A stretch of DNA of 44,114 nt from assembly GCF_001194135.2 (NCBI RefSeq), contig NC_068995.1:16621169-16665282 (forward strand). The letters run 5' to 3'. The position numbers and the translations under genes are program-made. The DNA is from Octopus bimaculoides (Eukaryota). Numbering within the stretch: the stretch's first letter is position 1; every line of letters begins with the position of its first letter. The notes under the pieces were generated by a model. That model was not told the origin of the DNA, ran no database searches, and saw only the letters and a program-made list of their open reading frames with translations. This document shows positions 22,741 to 35,012 of the stretch, piece by piece.

Positions 22741-23226
22741 ATGGACTGCGATGATGATACTTTTTTCATAATTTTCTCTTATAATAGTAACTTTTCAGAT
22801 ACTATAATCACAGTGATGGAGAAAAATCTTATTTCCTATGCACCTAATGACCGCTTCATTCAATATACGTTCCATAAGGGTCNNNNNNNNNNNNNNNNNN
22901 NNNNNNNNNNNNNNNNNNNNNNNNNNNNNNNNNNNNNNNNNNNNNNNNNNNNNNNNNNNNNNNNNNNNNNNNNNNNNNNNNNNNNNNNNNNNNNNNNNNN
23001 NNNNNNNNNNNNNNNNNNNNNNNNNNNNNNNNNNNNNNNNNNNNNNNNNNNNNNNNNNNNNNNNNNNNNNNNNNNNNNNNNNNNNNNNNNNNNNNNNNNN
23101 NNNNNNNNNNNNNNNNNNNNNNNNNNNNNNNNNNNNNNNNNNNNNNNNNNNNNNNNNNNNNNNNNNNNNNNNNNNNNNNNNNNNNNNNNNNNNNNNNNNN
23201 NNNNNNNNNNNNNNNNNNNNNNNNNN

Positions 23227-23545
23227 ATATATATCTACATACACATATGTAAATATATATGTGCATCTGTAGATTTAAATACATACTTGTATGTATATAT
23301 GTGTGTGTGTGTGAGTGTGTATTCGTTAGGACATATTTCTGTTGTATGAACACATAACCATATTTTTATATTTAAGTTTGTATATATACATATGTATATA
23401 TGTATGTCTACAAACACACACACACACCCAAATATATGCATTTGTGTACGCGTATATACTTATAGATACGCACACACACACATACACACACACACACACA
23501 CTCACACATGCATGTGTGTGGTGGTAAACACAAACACGCACAGTA

Positions 23546-23592
<47 letters not shown>

Positions 23593-23626
23593 NNNNNNNN
23601 NNTGGTAAACACAAACACGCACAGTA

Positions 23627-23689
<63 letters not shown>

Positions 23690-23760
23690 AAGATCCGTGC
23701 GTGTTTGTGTCTGTGTGTTTGTGTATGTATGTGCGTGCACGTGTGTGTTTTGTGTATACG
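23227..23760. repeat. Compound (TA)/(TG)/(CA)/(TATC)n microsatellite region
   Basis: Directly visible. Confidence 0.9.
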
Positions 23761-24333
23761 ACCAGGGTTAGGATAGGTTAGGATAAGGCAAGGTTTGGAT
23801 GGGTTGGAATATAAGTATGTAATAGATAAAATATTTCAACACTGCGTGCAGTTGCACCTTCGAATCTAAATGCTTGCCGTGTTGATATCGTCAATATCGT
23901 TTGTAGCCATTTGGAAGAACGCGGGACACTACATGTGTTCCTCAAACAGTTGTTTAAAGTAGTGAGGCAGCGAACGAAACTGGTGACTGTTTCTCGTTTC
24001 TTCACACGGTGCCGCCATTGGAACGTTGAAAACATCAAAAGAAGAGAGTCCATTCGGTGCAATGTTGCTTTGAAATTTACCCAGCATTCCTCGTAGAAAT
24101 ATTATTTATTTGCAATTTGATGCCAAATTCAAACCAGTGATGGTAATAATAATTCTTTAAGCAGTTAAACAGTAGTCTTTCGGAGTTTTGATTTGCTTTT
24201 ATTCTATTCCATTTTTGTTTTATTTCTGATTTTTTTTTTTATTTTCAGTATTTAATTTTTTTTTTACTCTTGTTTTTCATTCTAGAAAGAAATTTGTAAC
24301 TAACATACTATTAAGACGTTAGTTTATCGTAGT

Positions 24334-24660
24334 GATGAGGATAATTATAATGATGATGATGACGACGACGACGATAATGATGATGATCATCATCATCGTC
24401 GTTGTCGTTGTCGTCGTCAAGTCCCTATGGACGTTGCCACAACCACCACCACCACCACCACTACGAAGACCACTGCATCACCACCACCATCATCACCACC
24501 ATTACTTTTACTATTAATACTATGCTTACCATTACTCTCATCACCGAGCGCAGCTACCACCATCACTATCATCGTCGACATCGTCATTGTCAACATCATC
24601 ATCATCATCATCATCAACCTTATCGTTATCATTATCATCACCATCTTCATTACCACAACA
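24334..24660. repeat. Mixed trinucleotide arrays (ATG)/(ACG)/(ACC)/(ATC)
   Basis: Directly visible; produces the poly-H/T/I/V pseudo-ORFs. Confidence 0.9.
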
Positions 24661-25855
24661 AATATGGACTGCAACTTTCTCGAATGTTTCGGTATTATTA
24701 TGACTTCGTCAGTGAAATGTAACCTTTCCTGTAGTTACTGAAGTAGTGCTAAGTGATTCATTAAGCAAATAAATTTATGATGACATATAATGGTTGGAGT
24801 AGGCAAATACAATTGTTTAGAGAATAAGTGAGAGGCGCCACCATTGCTAAAAATAAGAGTTAATTTAGCGTTAACATATTTAATGCAGAGTACATTAAAA
24901 AAGATAGCTATTCCGTAGTTAGACTTGAACTCATTACTAAATGCTAATGGAACACACTTAAAAAGTGCAATAATCGATAGAGAAAGTGGGAAATTTCTGG
25001 AAGGTCAAGATACGGCTCGTTTTCGAGTCTTGCTTTAAGCCATTATCGTTTCTCTTACGAAGCTAATTCGAAAGCGCCCACGTGATTTTTCACTTCGTTC
25101 TGATTTTCTTGTAAAATGTCTGATTGGAATGTCACAATCGTTATGAAGTTATTTCGAGTCGTCACTGTTCTAGCGAAAGACAAACTTCCAGTTGTCTTTC
25201 ACTAAGTAAATACAATGAATTATTTGTCAATGAACTATTTGCTTCTTTCCTTTTCTTTCTTTCTCTTTTACTTTTTAATCTTTCAAACTATAATACCCGA
25301 GGGCTTTCACTTAGAGATAGCTTTAATTACATATATCAACTTGTTACACAAGCTTTCTCAATTCTGTTATTCTGAAACGCAATGGATGTTGGAATTTATT
25401 AATCAAAGTTCAATCAAGTTCATTTACGTTTGCCACAATATATTACAAGAGCAAATATTCCATTTCAAAAAGGAATTAGACTCCAAGAAGTAGAAGTTTC
25501 TAAAGAATTGCTGTGATTGATAATTGGGTGGCAAGGAATTATATACGAAGCTATGTCTCCTAATAGCTCAATATAGATATATTTTCTTTCTTTTTTGTTT
25601 TTGTCATCTAGACACAGAAACCTTATATATTTAAGCGGCAGCGAGGATATGTATGTGAAATTTACTTCAAGTGAGAATTGAAAATTACGACTTAAGCTAA
25701 AAAATACCATTTCTATTTAACAATATTATATAGGCTTCGGATCAGAAAAGAGACAAACAAACCAGAAATGGTTGAAACTGGGAAATGAAATTGTATCATA
25801 GTCTCTGCTGGCCAGAGGCATACTTATCACTAATTCGGGGAACTCAGCACTAAAT

Positions 25856-25919
25856 AATAATACATTTACTTGGGGCTTCTCGTACGGAATAATACATTTA
25901 CTTCGGGCTTCTCGTACTG
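25856..25919. repeat. 32-bp tandem duplication
   Basis: aataatacatttacttggggcttctcgtacgg / aataatacatttacttcgggcttctcgtactg (30/32 identical). Confidence 0.9.
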
Positions 25920-27782
25920 AACACAGAAATGCAAACCATAATCTCCCAGTGAATCTGCGATGTGTTTTCGTATTGCATTTGAAATATATTTATCATCACT
26001 TTTGCCTTGGGAAAGACATCAAAGTTACAACATCAGTAGTTTTGTTTCCCTTTTGTATTGGCAAAACAAACAAATATTTTCACTGCTTGTGTGGCGACAT
26101 AGAAGATGCTCCTGATAAGCATACTATGCCAGNNNNNNNNNNNNNNNNNNNNNNNNNNNNNNNNNNNNNNNNNNNNNNNNNNNNNNNNNNNNNNNNNNNN
26201 NNNNNNNNNNNNNNNNNNNNNNNNNNNNNNNNNNNNNNNNNNNNNNNNNNNNNNNNNNNNNNNNNNNNNNNNNNNNNNNNNNNNNNNNNNNNNNNNNNNN
26301 NNNNNNNNNNNNNNNNNNNNNNNNNNNNNNNNNNNNNNNNNNNNNNNNNNNNNNNNNNNNNNNNNNNNNNNNNNNNNNNNNNNNNNNNNNNNNNNNNNNN
26401 NNNNNNNNNNNNNNNNNNNNNNNNNNNNNNNNNNNNNNNNNNNNNNNNNNNNNNNNNNNNNNNNNNNNNNNNNNNNNNNNNNNNNNNNNNNNNNNNNNNN
26501 NNNNNNNNNNNNNNNNNNNNNNNNNNNNNNNNNNNNNNNNNNNNNNNNNNNNNNNNNNNNNNNNNNNNNNNNNNNNNNNNNNNNNNNNNNNNNNNNNNNN
26601 NNNNNNNNNNNNNNNNNNNNNNNNNNNNNNNNNNNNNNNNNNNNNNNNNNNNNNNNNNNNNNNNNNNNNNNNNNNNNNNNNNNNNNNNNNNNNNNNNNNN
26701 NNNNNNNNNNNNNNNNNNNNNNNNNNNNNNNNNNNNNNNNNNNNNNNNNNNNNNNNNNNNNNNNNNNNNNNNNNNNNNNNNNNNNNNNNNNNNNNNNNNN
26801 NNNNNNNNNNNNNNNNNNNNNNNNNNNNNNNNNNNNNNNNNNNNNNNNNNNNNNNNNNNNNNNNNNNNNNNNNNNNNNNNNNNNNNNNNNNNNNNNNNNN
26901 NNNNNNNNNNNNNNNNNNNNNNNNNNNNNNNNNNNNNNNNNNNNNNNNNNNNNNNNNNNNNNNNNNNNNNNNNNNNNNNNNNNNNNNNNNNNNNNNNNNN
27001 NNNNNNNNNNNNNNNNNNNNNNNNNNNNNNNNNNNNNNNNNNNNNNNNNNNNNNNNNNNNNNNNNNNNNNNNNNCTATCAATAATCTGTACATGTAAATT
27101 CAACAGAATATAAACATCTTTCACAGACACTGACCTTGTGTAAATATAATAAATGGCTTTAAATAGCAAGCATCTATTTATTTTCACATAAATCTTGGAC
27201 ACTATATTGAAAATTGAATTTTTTTGTTTTCTTGATAAATATATTGCAGCGAGTCATGCAAAAATATTGTTGCTCCAGATGACAAAATTGCGATAGAGTT
27301 ACTCCGTAAAACTGCAATGGAGATGCACCGAAAGAGGCATTGTACTTGCAGAATACATGTAAGCAGCGAGTAATCTCTGTCTCAATAAAACTTAGTAGGC
27401 AGATGTTTGGGCCCTAGGACGTCAGATACTTAGATACTTAGGATCGAAAAGATACGATCGGAGAACTAGTCAACTAAAAATTCTCGGCCTCTCACGTCAG
27501 CAAACCAAGATCTGGAGCTAGTAGCCTATTTTCACTATAATGTGCTACAGAGTACATCAACAGATTTTAGCTGGCACCCTTTGTAATAGATTTACATAAA
27601 TGGCATTTGCCATGCATTCTTCTGAAGAGAATGTTAGAGATTTATCTCATGAAGTTTCTTATGCATCATGCTTTGCTTTTATGCCTTGAGTTGCATAGTA
27701 AGCATCACCCACTCAGTAAATATATGAAACAGTAGTAAAGATCTTTTGACATCAGTTGAATTGTATATAATATCTCATAGAA

Positions 27783-27935
27783 ATCTTCTATCTTTTACTG
27801 GCATTAGATTGCGGCCATACTGGGGTACCCACTTCCCAAATATTTTTGGCGAATGAATCGAATACTTATTTTTTTACTTAATCTATCCGTCTCCTTTTGC
27901 TGAAGTACTAAGCTTTGTAACCTAAGAGAAAACAA
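27783..27935 (-). mobile_element. SINE group C 3' domain fragment
   Basis: tatcttttactggcattagattgcggccatactggggtaccc is the reverse complement of the C tail. Confidence 0.65.
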
Positions 27936-29011
27936 ATTTTAGAAATAGAACAAATTATGAATTTATCATTCTGTCGTGTCGAATGTTTGACATTTATAGA
28001 CTGAGTATTATAATGGAGACACTGCTCACTCCGTTACTAAGAAGAGACCAGAGAAAGAGTTCTAAACATTAGCTACCTCAAAATACGGTTAGTTTACAGT
28101 AACTGACGGCTGTTCAAATCCAAAGAAGCGATAAATGTAAAACGTAAACGGGAAAAGACACATTAGGGAATGTCCTGCTGAATCGTATTGCCTCATCTGA
28201 AAATAATGAGTGCCAATCTAATATGGAGACCAATATAATCAAGTCTTCAGGAACCACCAACGCTTTCAATATCTCTGCCTTTCTGCTTATGTAAAAATCA
28301 TTACAATTATTGNNNNNNNNNNNNNNNNNNNNNNNNNNNNNNNNNNNNNNNNNNNNNNNNNNNNNNNNNNNNNNNNNNNNNNNNNNNNNNNNNNNNNNNN
28401 NNNNNNNNNNNNNNNNNNNNNNNNNNNNNNNNNNNNNNNNNNNNNNNNNNNNNNNNNNNNNNNNNNNNNNNNNNNNNNNNNNNNNNNNNNNNNNNNNNNN
28501 NNNNNNNNNNNNNNNNNNNNNNNNNNNNNNNNNNNNNNNNNNNNNNNNNNNNNNNNNNNNNNNNNNNNNNNNNNNNNNNNNNNNNNNNNNNNNNNNNNNN
28601 NNNNNNNNNNNNNNNNNNNNNNNNNNNNNNNNNNNNNNNNNNNNNNNNNNNNNNNNNNNNNNNNNNNNNNNNNNNNNNNNNNNNNNNNNNNNNNNNNNNN
28701 NNNNNNNNNNNNNNNNNNNNNNNNNNNNNNNNNNNNNNNNNNNNNNNNNNNNNNNNNNNNNNNNNNNNNNNNNNNNNNNNNNNNNNNNNNNNNNNNNNNN
28801 NNNNNNNNNNNNNNNNNNNNNNNNNNNNNNNNNNNNNNNNNNNNNNNNNNNNNNNNNNNNNNNNNNNNNNNNNNNNNNNNNNNNNNNNNNNNNNNNNNNN
28901 NNNNNNNNNNNNNNNNNNNNNNNNNNNNNNNNNNNNNACACACACATTAAGCCTAAAAAATACGACAACCTAGAAAATATACTGAGGTTGACATTATGAA
29001 CTAGTAGTTTA

Positions 29012-29222
29012 TGGCGACGAGCTGGCAGAAACGTTAGTACACCGGGCGAAATGCTTAGCGGTATTTCGTCTGTCTATACGTTCTGAGTTCAAATTCCACC
29101 GAGGTTGACTTTGTCTTTCATCCTTTAAGGGTCGATAAATTAAGTACCGGTTGCGTACTGAGGTCGATCTAATCGAATGACACCTTCCCTCAAAATTTCG
29201 GGCCTTGTGCCTAGAGTAGAAA
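29012..29222 (+). mobile_element. SINE group A, tail type 1, 21-bp TSD
   Basis: TSD acattatgaactagtagttta (28991-29011) / acattattaactacaagttta (29223-29243). Confidence 0.93.
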
Positions 29223-29279
29223 ACATTATTAACTACAAGTTTAAGCGATGCATCGCTGTAGTCCAATGGCAGAAGCGAA

Positions 29280-29280
29280 A

Positions 29281-29322
<42 letters not shown>

Positions 29323-29347
29323 TCCCCTCTGTCTCTCTCCATCTCTC

Positions 29348-29381
<34 letters not shown>

Positions 29382-29383
29382 TG

Positions 29384-29442
<59 letters not shown>

Positions 29443-29684
29443 GTACTTATATATATGTATAGTTACATGCATACATATATCCATACATACATTACGTACA
29501 TACATACATCAATACGTGCACGTANNNNNNNNNNTATATATACATATATATATATACATGTATATGTATGTATATATGTATATATATTCATATATATAAA
29601 TATGTATATATGTATGTATATACATATATCCATGTGTGTTTGCGAGTATGAAATAATATTAATAATATTAATAAATATATATAG

Positions 29685-29727
<43 letters not shown>

Positions 29728-30314
29728 GTACCTGTGTGTGCGTGCGTGTGTGTGTATGTGTGTGCGTGCGTGTGTGTGCATATATGAATATATATATATA
29801 TATTTATATCCGTGTGTATATTGTTTATTTAGTTATACATATAGACAAGTATATACTTTATATATGTACATTATATTTATGTTCACGGAGCGCAAAAACA
29901 CACACACAAACACACACACACACACATGTATATTGTCACACACACACGCAGATAAACACTGACCTACCTATATATATATGCGTATCTGTTTATGTATATG
30001 TCTAAGTATGCACATATATGTATATATCTATATTTATATCTGTATATACACATATGTGTGTGTGTGTATGTGTGTGTATGTGTGTGTATGTGTGTGTATG
30101 TGTGTATGTGTGTGATTGTACATTAGAGCGAACAAATTTCATAGACCAAATATTTCAAGTTGAAAGAAAAATAAGCAAAGGACAAAAAAAAAAAGAAAAA
30201 CCAACAAGAAAACAAAATGAAAATTGCTTAAAAGTACGATAAATACATAGAAATACTATGAAAAATATGAAATTATTTAAATAGAATGTAAATAATATAT
30301 TACTAACATACACT

Positions 30315-30346
<32 letters not shown>

Positions 30347-30721
30347 TAGGCACTCACACACGCACACACAAACGCACACGTATATGTATGTATAATAAGT
30401 ATATTACAGACACATATACATATAAATGTAAATATCTACATAAATGTGCATACATATATATATTTACCTACATATGATATACATATATAAAGNNNNNNNN
30501 NNNNNNNNNNNNNNNNNNNNNNNNNNNNNNNNNNNNNNNNNNNNNNNNNNNNNNNNNNNNNNNNNNNNNNNNNNNNNNNNNNNNNNNNNNNNNNNNNNNN
30601 NNNNNNNNNNNNNNNNNNNNNNNNNNNNNNNNNNNNNNNNNNNNNNNNNNNNNNNNNNNNNNNNNNNNNNNNNNNNNNNNNNNNNNNNNNNNNNNNNNNN
30701 NNNNNNNNNNNNNNNNNNNNN

Positions 30722-30764
<43 letters not shown>

Positions 30765-30830
30765 TATTTATATATATAAATATACACACACATAAATATG
30801 TATGTATATATATATGCTAGATAAACGTGT
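29280..30830. repeat. Extended compound microsatellite zone (TATC)/(TATG)/(CA)/(TG)/(TA)/(GA) with two gaps
   Basis: Directly visible. Confidence 0.88.
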
Positions 30831-31112
30831 GAGAGAACATTGTATCTCAATTTGAAAACTAAAAGAAACCCACTCCAACAAGACCCCCCACCACCACCAC
30901 CACCAGAAAAAATTGCATCAACGTAAGAACCCAGGGAATTGAATAGAAATCCTTAAATCTTAACTTGATAATGGGTGCAATACCAAAATATAAATAGAAT
31001 ATATTAATGATTTACAGGAAGCTGTTTTGGGGTTTGTTTTTTTCTCCACATCTATAAATTTTATTTTTATATCCACATATACACGAAGAGTATATGTATG
31101 TATGTATGTATG

Positions 31113-31434
31113 TATGTCATTGTTCAGTTTTCTTTCAAGATTTCTTGCTAATAGAGACAGAGCCGGTTTCTAACCTAGATCTAGGACTCCTTCACTGGAA
31201 TTTCAACATCAACAACAGGGTATTTTTGTATGTATGTATGTATGTATGTATGTATGTATGTATGCATATGTGCAGATTTGTATGTTTTGCTTTATGTATG
31301 TATTCTCATGCATATAGTTGCATATCTAGACACGCTCAGATATATTTAAATGCTAAACTTTTGGATAATTTTTCAGATTTTGACAGTTCCAGTATTCGAA
31401 TTAGCTTTCGCCTTTCTGGTTCTGGGAAGCCGAG
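31113..31434 (-). mobile_element. RLE-type LINE (R4/Dong-like), 5'-truncated copy 2
   Basis: LGFPEPERRKLIR..TGTVKI*KIIQKFSI*; 3' UTR homologous to copy 1; (TATG)n on both sides and one internal expansion. Confidence 0.75.
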
Positions 31435-31494
31435 TATGTATGTATGTATGTATGTATGTACGTACGTACGTATGTATGTATGTTTGTATGTGTG

Positions 31495-31890
31495 TATGTC
31501 ATTCAGTTTTATTTCAAGATTTTTTGCCAATACAAAAGGAGCCGGTTTCTAACTAAACACACGCTCCTTCATTGAAATTTCAACAACATCAACTGGGTAC
31601 TTTGGCATATATGTGTATATACTTCATGTGTAGTATTTTGCATCGATTCATATTCAGATTCGTGTGTTTTGTTTAATGAGTGTATTCTTATGCATGTATT
31701 TGCATGTCTAGACATGCTCATATATATTTAATAATAAACCCCAGGAAAGTTTTACAGAGTTTTACAGTTACAGTGATGGCTTGGATCTGTAGTCTTCGAA
31801 TCAGCTTTTTCATTTCTGGGTTTGAGAAACCCACTTTCTCAAGATTGGTATTTAGGCAGTGTGTTACATATCCTAGGGTCCTAATAATTA
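31495..31890 (-). mobile_element. RLE-type LINE (R4/Dong-like), 5'-truncated copy 3 (longest)
   Basis: IIRTLGYVTHCLNTNLEKVGFSNPEMKKLIRRLQIQAITVTVKLCKTFLGFII, resembling the terminal IIGALG....L...L..LG......LQ....GT..I motif of RLE LINEs; (TATG)n on both sides. Confidence 0.78.
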
Positions 31891-32018
31891 CATGTATGTA
31901 TGTATGCATGTATGTATGTATGTATGTATGTATGTATGTATGTGCGTGTGTTTATACATATATAAATACAGATAGACAGATATGTGTGCGTGTGTGTGTG
32001 GTGTTTGTGCGTGCGTGT

Positions 32019-32250
32019 GTGAAGGTGTTTGGCCTAATGGTTACGATGCTGCATTTACATTCGCAAGATAGTTGCATCCACCCGCAGACCCTCTTTGCGT
32101 TGTGCTCTTGAATAAAATATTTTATTTCACTTTGCTCCAGGCCACTGAGCAGTAAATTAGTAACTCTGCAACGGAAAAGCGAACCATGTCCGTTTAGCCA
32201 GCGAGGTGGCATCAATCAAATGCTACAACTATGCGAGGGTTATTACCTCG
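32019..32250 (+). mobile_element. Old SINE group D copy with another tail variant
   Basis: tggcctaatggttacg..gcgttgtgctcttgaataaaatattttatttcactttgctccaggccactgagcag. Confidence 0.65.
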
Positions 32251-32336
32251 TAATAGCATCTACATTACTATCATTCTGCTTCTGACGTCATGAGTTGTTT
32301 GTATCCTGCAGTTTTGTTAACGTTACTTATGCAGCA

Positions 32337-32408
32337 TAAATCTTAGCTTAATGGTAAAGCACTTGACGCGTAATCACGGGGATGTGAGTTCGAGTCTCAT
32401 GGCTGGCC
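32337..32408 (+). pseudogene. tRNA-Thr(CGT)-like pseudogene or tRNA-derived repeat cassette
   Basis: D arm gctt/aagc; anticodon arm cttga-cgcgtaa-tcacg (one mismatch, CGT at 32369-32371); T arm gtgag-ttcgagt-ctcat; the 5' acceptor strand does not pair with ggctggc. Confidence 0.6.
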
Positions 32409-32589
32409 GGTAACGTATTTTTCTGCAATGTATGGATAATTTATCCTGATCACGCTATTAATTAGCATTATCACGCGTTTGAGAATAAAAAAAAATTTCT
32501 GTATCTCTCAATACATCTCAACGCTTCTAAAACAAACTTTGTTTACTTTCATCGTAAGTTGAATGAATTATTTAATGTAATGATTTCTG

Positions 32590-32745
32590 ATTTAGGAACA
32601 AAGACAGCAATTTTCGTGGAAGGAGTAAACTGGGCGACTACCTAAAGTCACTGACAAAGCAAATCTGACCGCAGCAGGGTTTGAACTCGGAACGTAAAGA
32701 ACCAGAACGAATACCACCACGCAACTTGCTTGATGCTCTACTGCT
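32590..32745 (-). mobile_element. Old SINE group A fragment
   Basis: gggtttgaactcggaacgtaaaga..gaataccacc is the reverse of the A head; tail remnant ggaacaaagacagcaattttcg. Confidence 0.55.
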
Positions 32746-32778
32746 CTTGAAAATTTTCATATAAAAAACAAACAAGAA

Positions 32779-32990
32779 GGCAGTAAGTTAACTGAATTGT
32801 CAGAGTGTCGGGAAAAATGTATAGTAGGATGTCTTCCATCTGTATGTTTTGAGTTCATTATTCCGCAGAAGTCGACTTTACCTTTCATCCTTTCGGGGTC
32901 GACAAAATAAGTACCAGCTGAGTACTAGAGTCGCTGTAATCGACTAGCCCCTACCCTGAAAATTTTCAGGCCTTGTGCCTGTAGTAAAGA
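32779..32990 (+). mobile_element. SINE group A, tail type 1-like, diverged
   Basis: gaagtcgactttacctttcatcctttcggggtcgacaaaataagtaccagctgagtactagagtcg..ggccttgtgcctgtagta. Confidence 0.85.
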
Positions 32991-33299
32991 GAGAACTATA
33001 CGGGACAGCTACACCTCTTAATGATGTTGACAACAGAACAACATCGAAAACACAGCGGAAATTTTTATGATCATTAAGCAATATTATGAAATCGTATAAA
33101 ATGATGAATCAAAATTTAAAGAAGTACATTCATGAGATATAGAATTTCAACGGTTTCTGCTAATATGTTATTAAGCTATAGTGTAAATGGAGAAACGCAT
33201 ATTAATATTCATTTTGTCTTTGCTTTCGCTCTATAGTTAACGTCATTAAAAGCGTAACGTTCAAACTTATTTCATTTGAGTAATAGATCTAACGACGGA

Positions 33300-33480
33300 A
33301 AATTGACAAAATCGCTAGAGCTTCTGACAAACTGCCCTGCGGTATTTGTTTTAGTCTCTTTATGCTCAAGGTTCAAATCCCGTCGAGGTCTACTTTGCCT
33401 TCATTCTCCTGGATTTGTTAAAGTAATGCACCGCTGAAGTACTGGGGTCGAAGGTATCAGCTAACACCCTCCCCTCAAAA
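33300..33480 (+). mobile_element. Old SINE group A copy
   Basis: ggttcaaatcccgtcgaggtctactttgccttc..aagtactggggtcga. Confidence 0.65.
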
Positions 33481-33759
33481 CAAATACAACGAATCTATAA
33501 GAACTGGGGAAATGAATGAATGAATGACTAAATATCTGAAAGCAAACCGTATAATTCAGTACATAAGTTATAGTGGGTTGGATAAGTTCCTCTAAACATA
33601 GGCAGCGAACCAGCTCTGAGAACAAGTACTGGAAGATTTAGTGCCAGCCAGGGCAAGTCACATGAAATTTATCAGTTCGGATTTGGTTGCTATAAAATAC
33701 GATGACAAGAATTTTAAACCAACATGTCAGGAATATTAAAATCGTATGTTCGTTGGAAT

Positions 33760-34132
33760 CAGTGTGTGTTTGAGCGTGTTTGTGTGTTCCTCTGTTTGTG
33801 TATCATTGTTTAAACATTCCGTAGTATGTGTAATATACGTCTATGTGTGTATTTCTGTGTAAATATATGTGCACGCTTTTCTGTCTGTATGTGCGTAGTG
33901 CGTGGGTGCTTGTGTGTACATGTGTATAAATGTGTGAATATTTGTTTGCTTGTATATGTGTACATACTTTTACATGTGGTTTTATGTGTATATATATGTC
34001 CGTGTGTATATATGCTTCTGTATGTATATGCGTACATTCATTTGTTAACGTATAAGGACATATATGTATTTGAATATATCTAAGTGTGCGTGCGTATGCG
34101 TGTGTGTGTGTGTGTGTTTGTTTGTGTGTTTT

Positions 34133-34170
<38 letters not shown>

Positions 34171-34430
34171 AGAAAGAGAGATAGACAGACTGACCGAGCC
34201 TTTGTGCGCTTGAATCTGTACATGTTTGTGCGTGTAACCTTGTGTCTGTCTGTATGTGTGTGTGTGAATATTTGTACTCCCTTCTGTCTATGAGTATGGC
34301 TACGTACGTATGCGTATGTGTGGGTGTATTAATATCGTCTGTGTTTGTGTGCAAGTATATGTGCGTACGTGCATGTGTGCGCGTGTGCGCGTGTGCCTGT
34401 GTGTATCTATGTGTGTGTGTGTGTGTGTTT
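33760..34430. repeat. Degenerate (TG/TA) and (GA)n low-complexity tract
   Basis: Directly visible; source of the 245-aa His/Thr-rich pseudo-ORF. Confidence 0.88.
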
Positions 34431-34974
34431 TGAGTATTAATGTGTAATATTTTGTATTTAGATGACCTCACACAGTCTATCTGGTGAGACGTTTCGGAAA
34501 CTGATGTTGGTGATTTAACGAGGCCTTTCGCACTTTTCAAACAATATTCATTAAATCATTTCCGAGAAGCAGAAGAAGACGAAAGAAAGACACTGAGCAA
34601 ATAAAGAGTGAGAGAGAGGCAAGGCTCATACTTATTAGAAGAAAGAGACAGACGTAAGCTAACGAGGGGAAAGAAGAGCGGGTGGAGCACAGACGGAGGG
34701 GGAGTTGGAGTCGGGGGTGGGAATAGGAAAATGGTAGGAGGTCGGAAAATGGCGTTGTTGCACGTTAAAATGGTAGCTTATGCAAGGCTTGTGAGAAATG
34801 CTTACTTATTTACCCTCCGTCTGTTTTGTAATGATATATACAGATAGTATCTTCGTAGCGATGTATATATAGTGTGTGGCATCAGACAAAACAAACCGTA
34901 AGGTACATTCTGCGTGGCATCTATTGCTTTGCTCTAATTTTGGTTGGAGAAGTAGTGAGAATGAGTGAAGAGTG

Positions 34975-34975
34975 T

Positions 34976-35012
<37 letters not shown>

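Noticed and set aside
23522-23690. Direct repeat tggtaaacacaaacacgcacag(TATC)n on both sides of a 10-N gap
   Set aside because: Typical unmerged contig overlap, not a real duplication.
23765-23790. Interstitial telomeric repeat
   Set aside because: Only degenerate GGTTAGG units, with no tandem TTAGGG array.
24670-24715. Hammerhead-like CTGACGA..GAAAC on the minus strand
   Set aside because: Stem II has only two pairs and stems I and III cannot form; other CTGANGA hits also lack the fold.
24402-24741. Poly-His/poly-Thr ORFs resembling transcription-factor tracts
   Set aside because: Trinucleotide arrays open in several frames on both strands, with no domain or splice support.
25949-28999. 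Long ORFs of 212-389 aa in the track
   Set aside because: They are mostly X from N-gaps; the same applies to ORFs spanning the other gaps.
34462-34483. Possible 22-nt micro-exon (tttag|atgacctcacacagtctatctg|gtgaga)
   Set aside because: Splice-like motifs occur by chance in 44 kb; there are no partner exons or homology. Only RNA-seq could support it.
33803-34540. 245-aa His/Thr-rich ORF and other YI/CV/HT/LS/poly-M/poly-L ORFs
   Set aside because: Translations of di-, tri- and tetranucleotide repeats.
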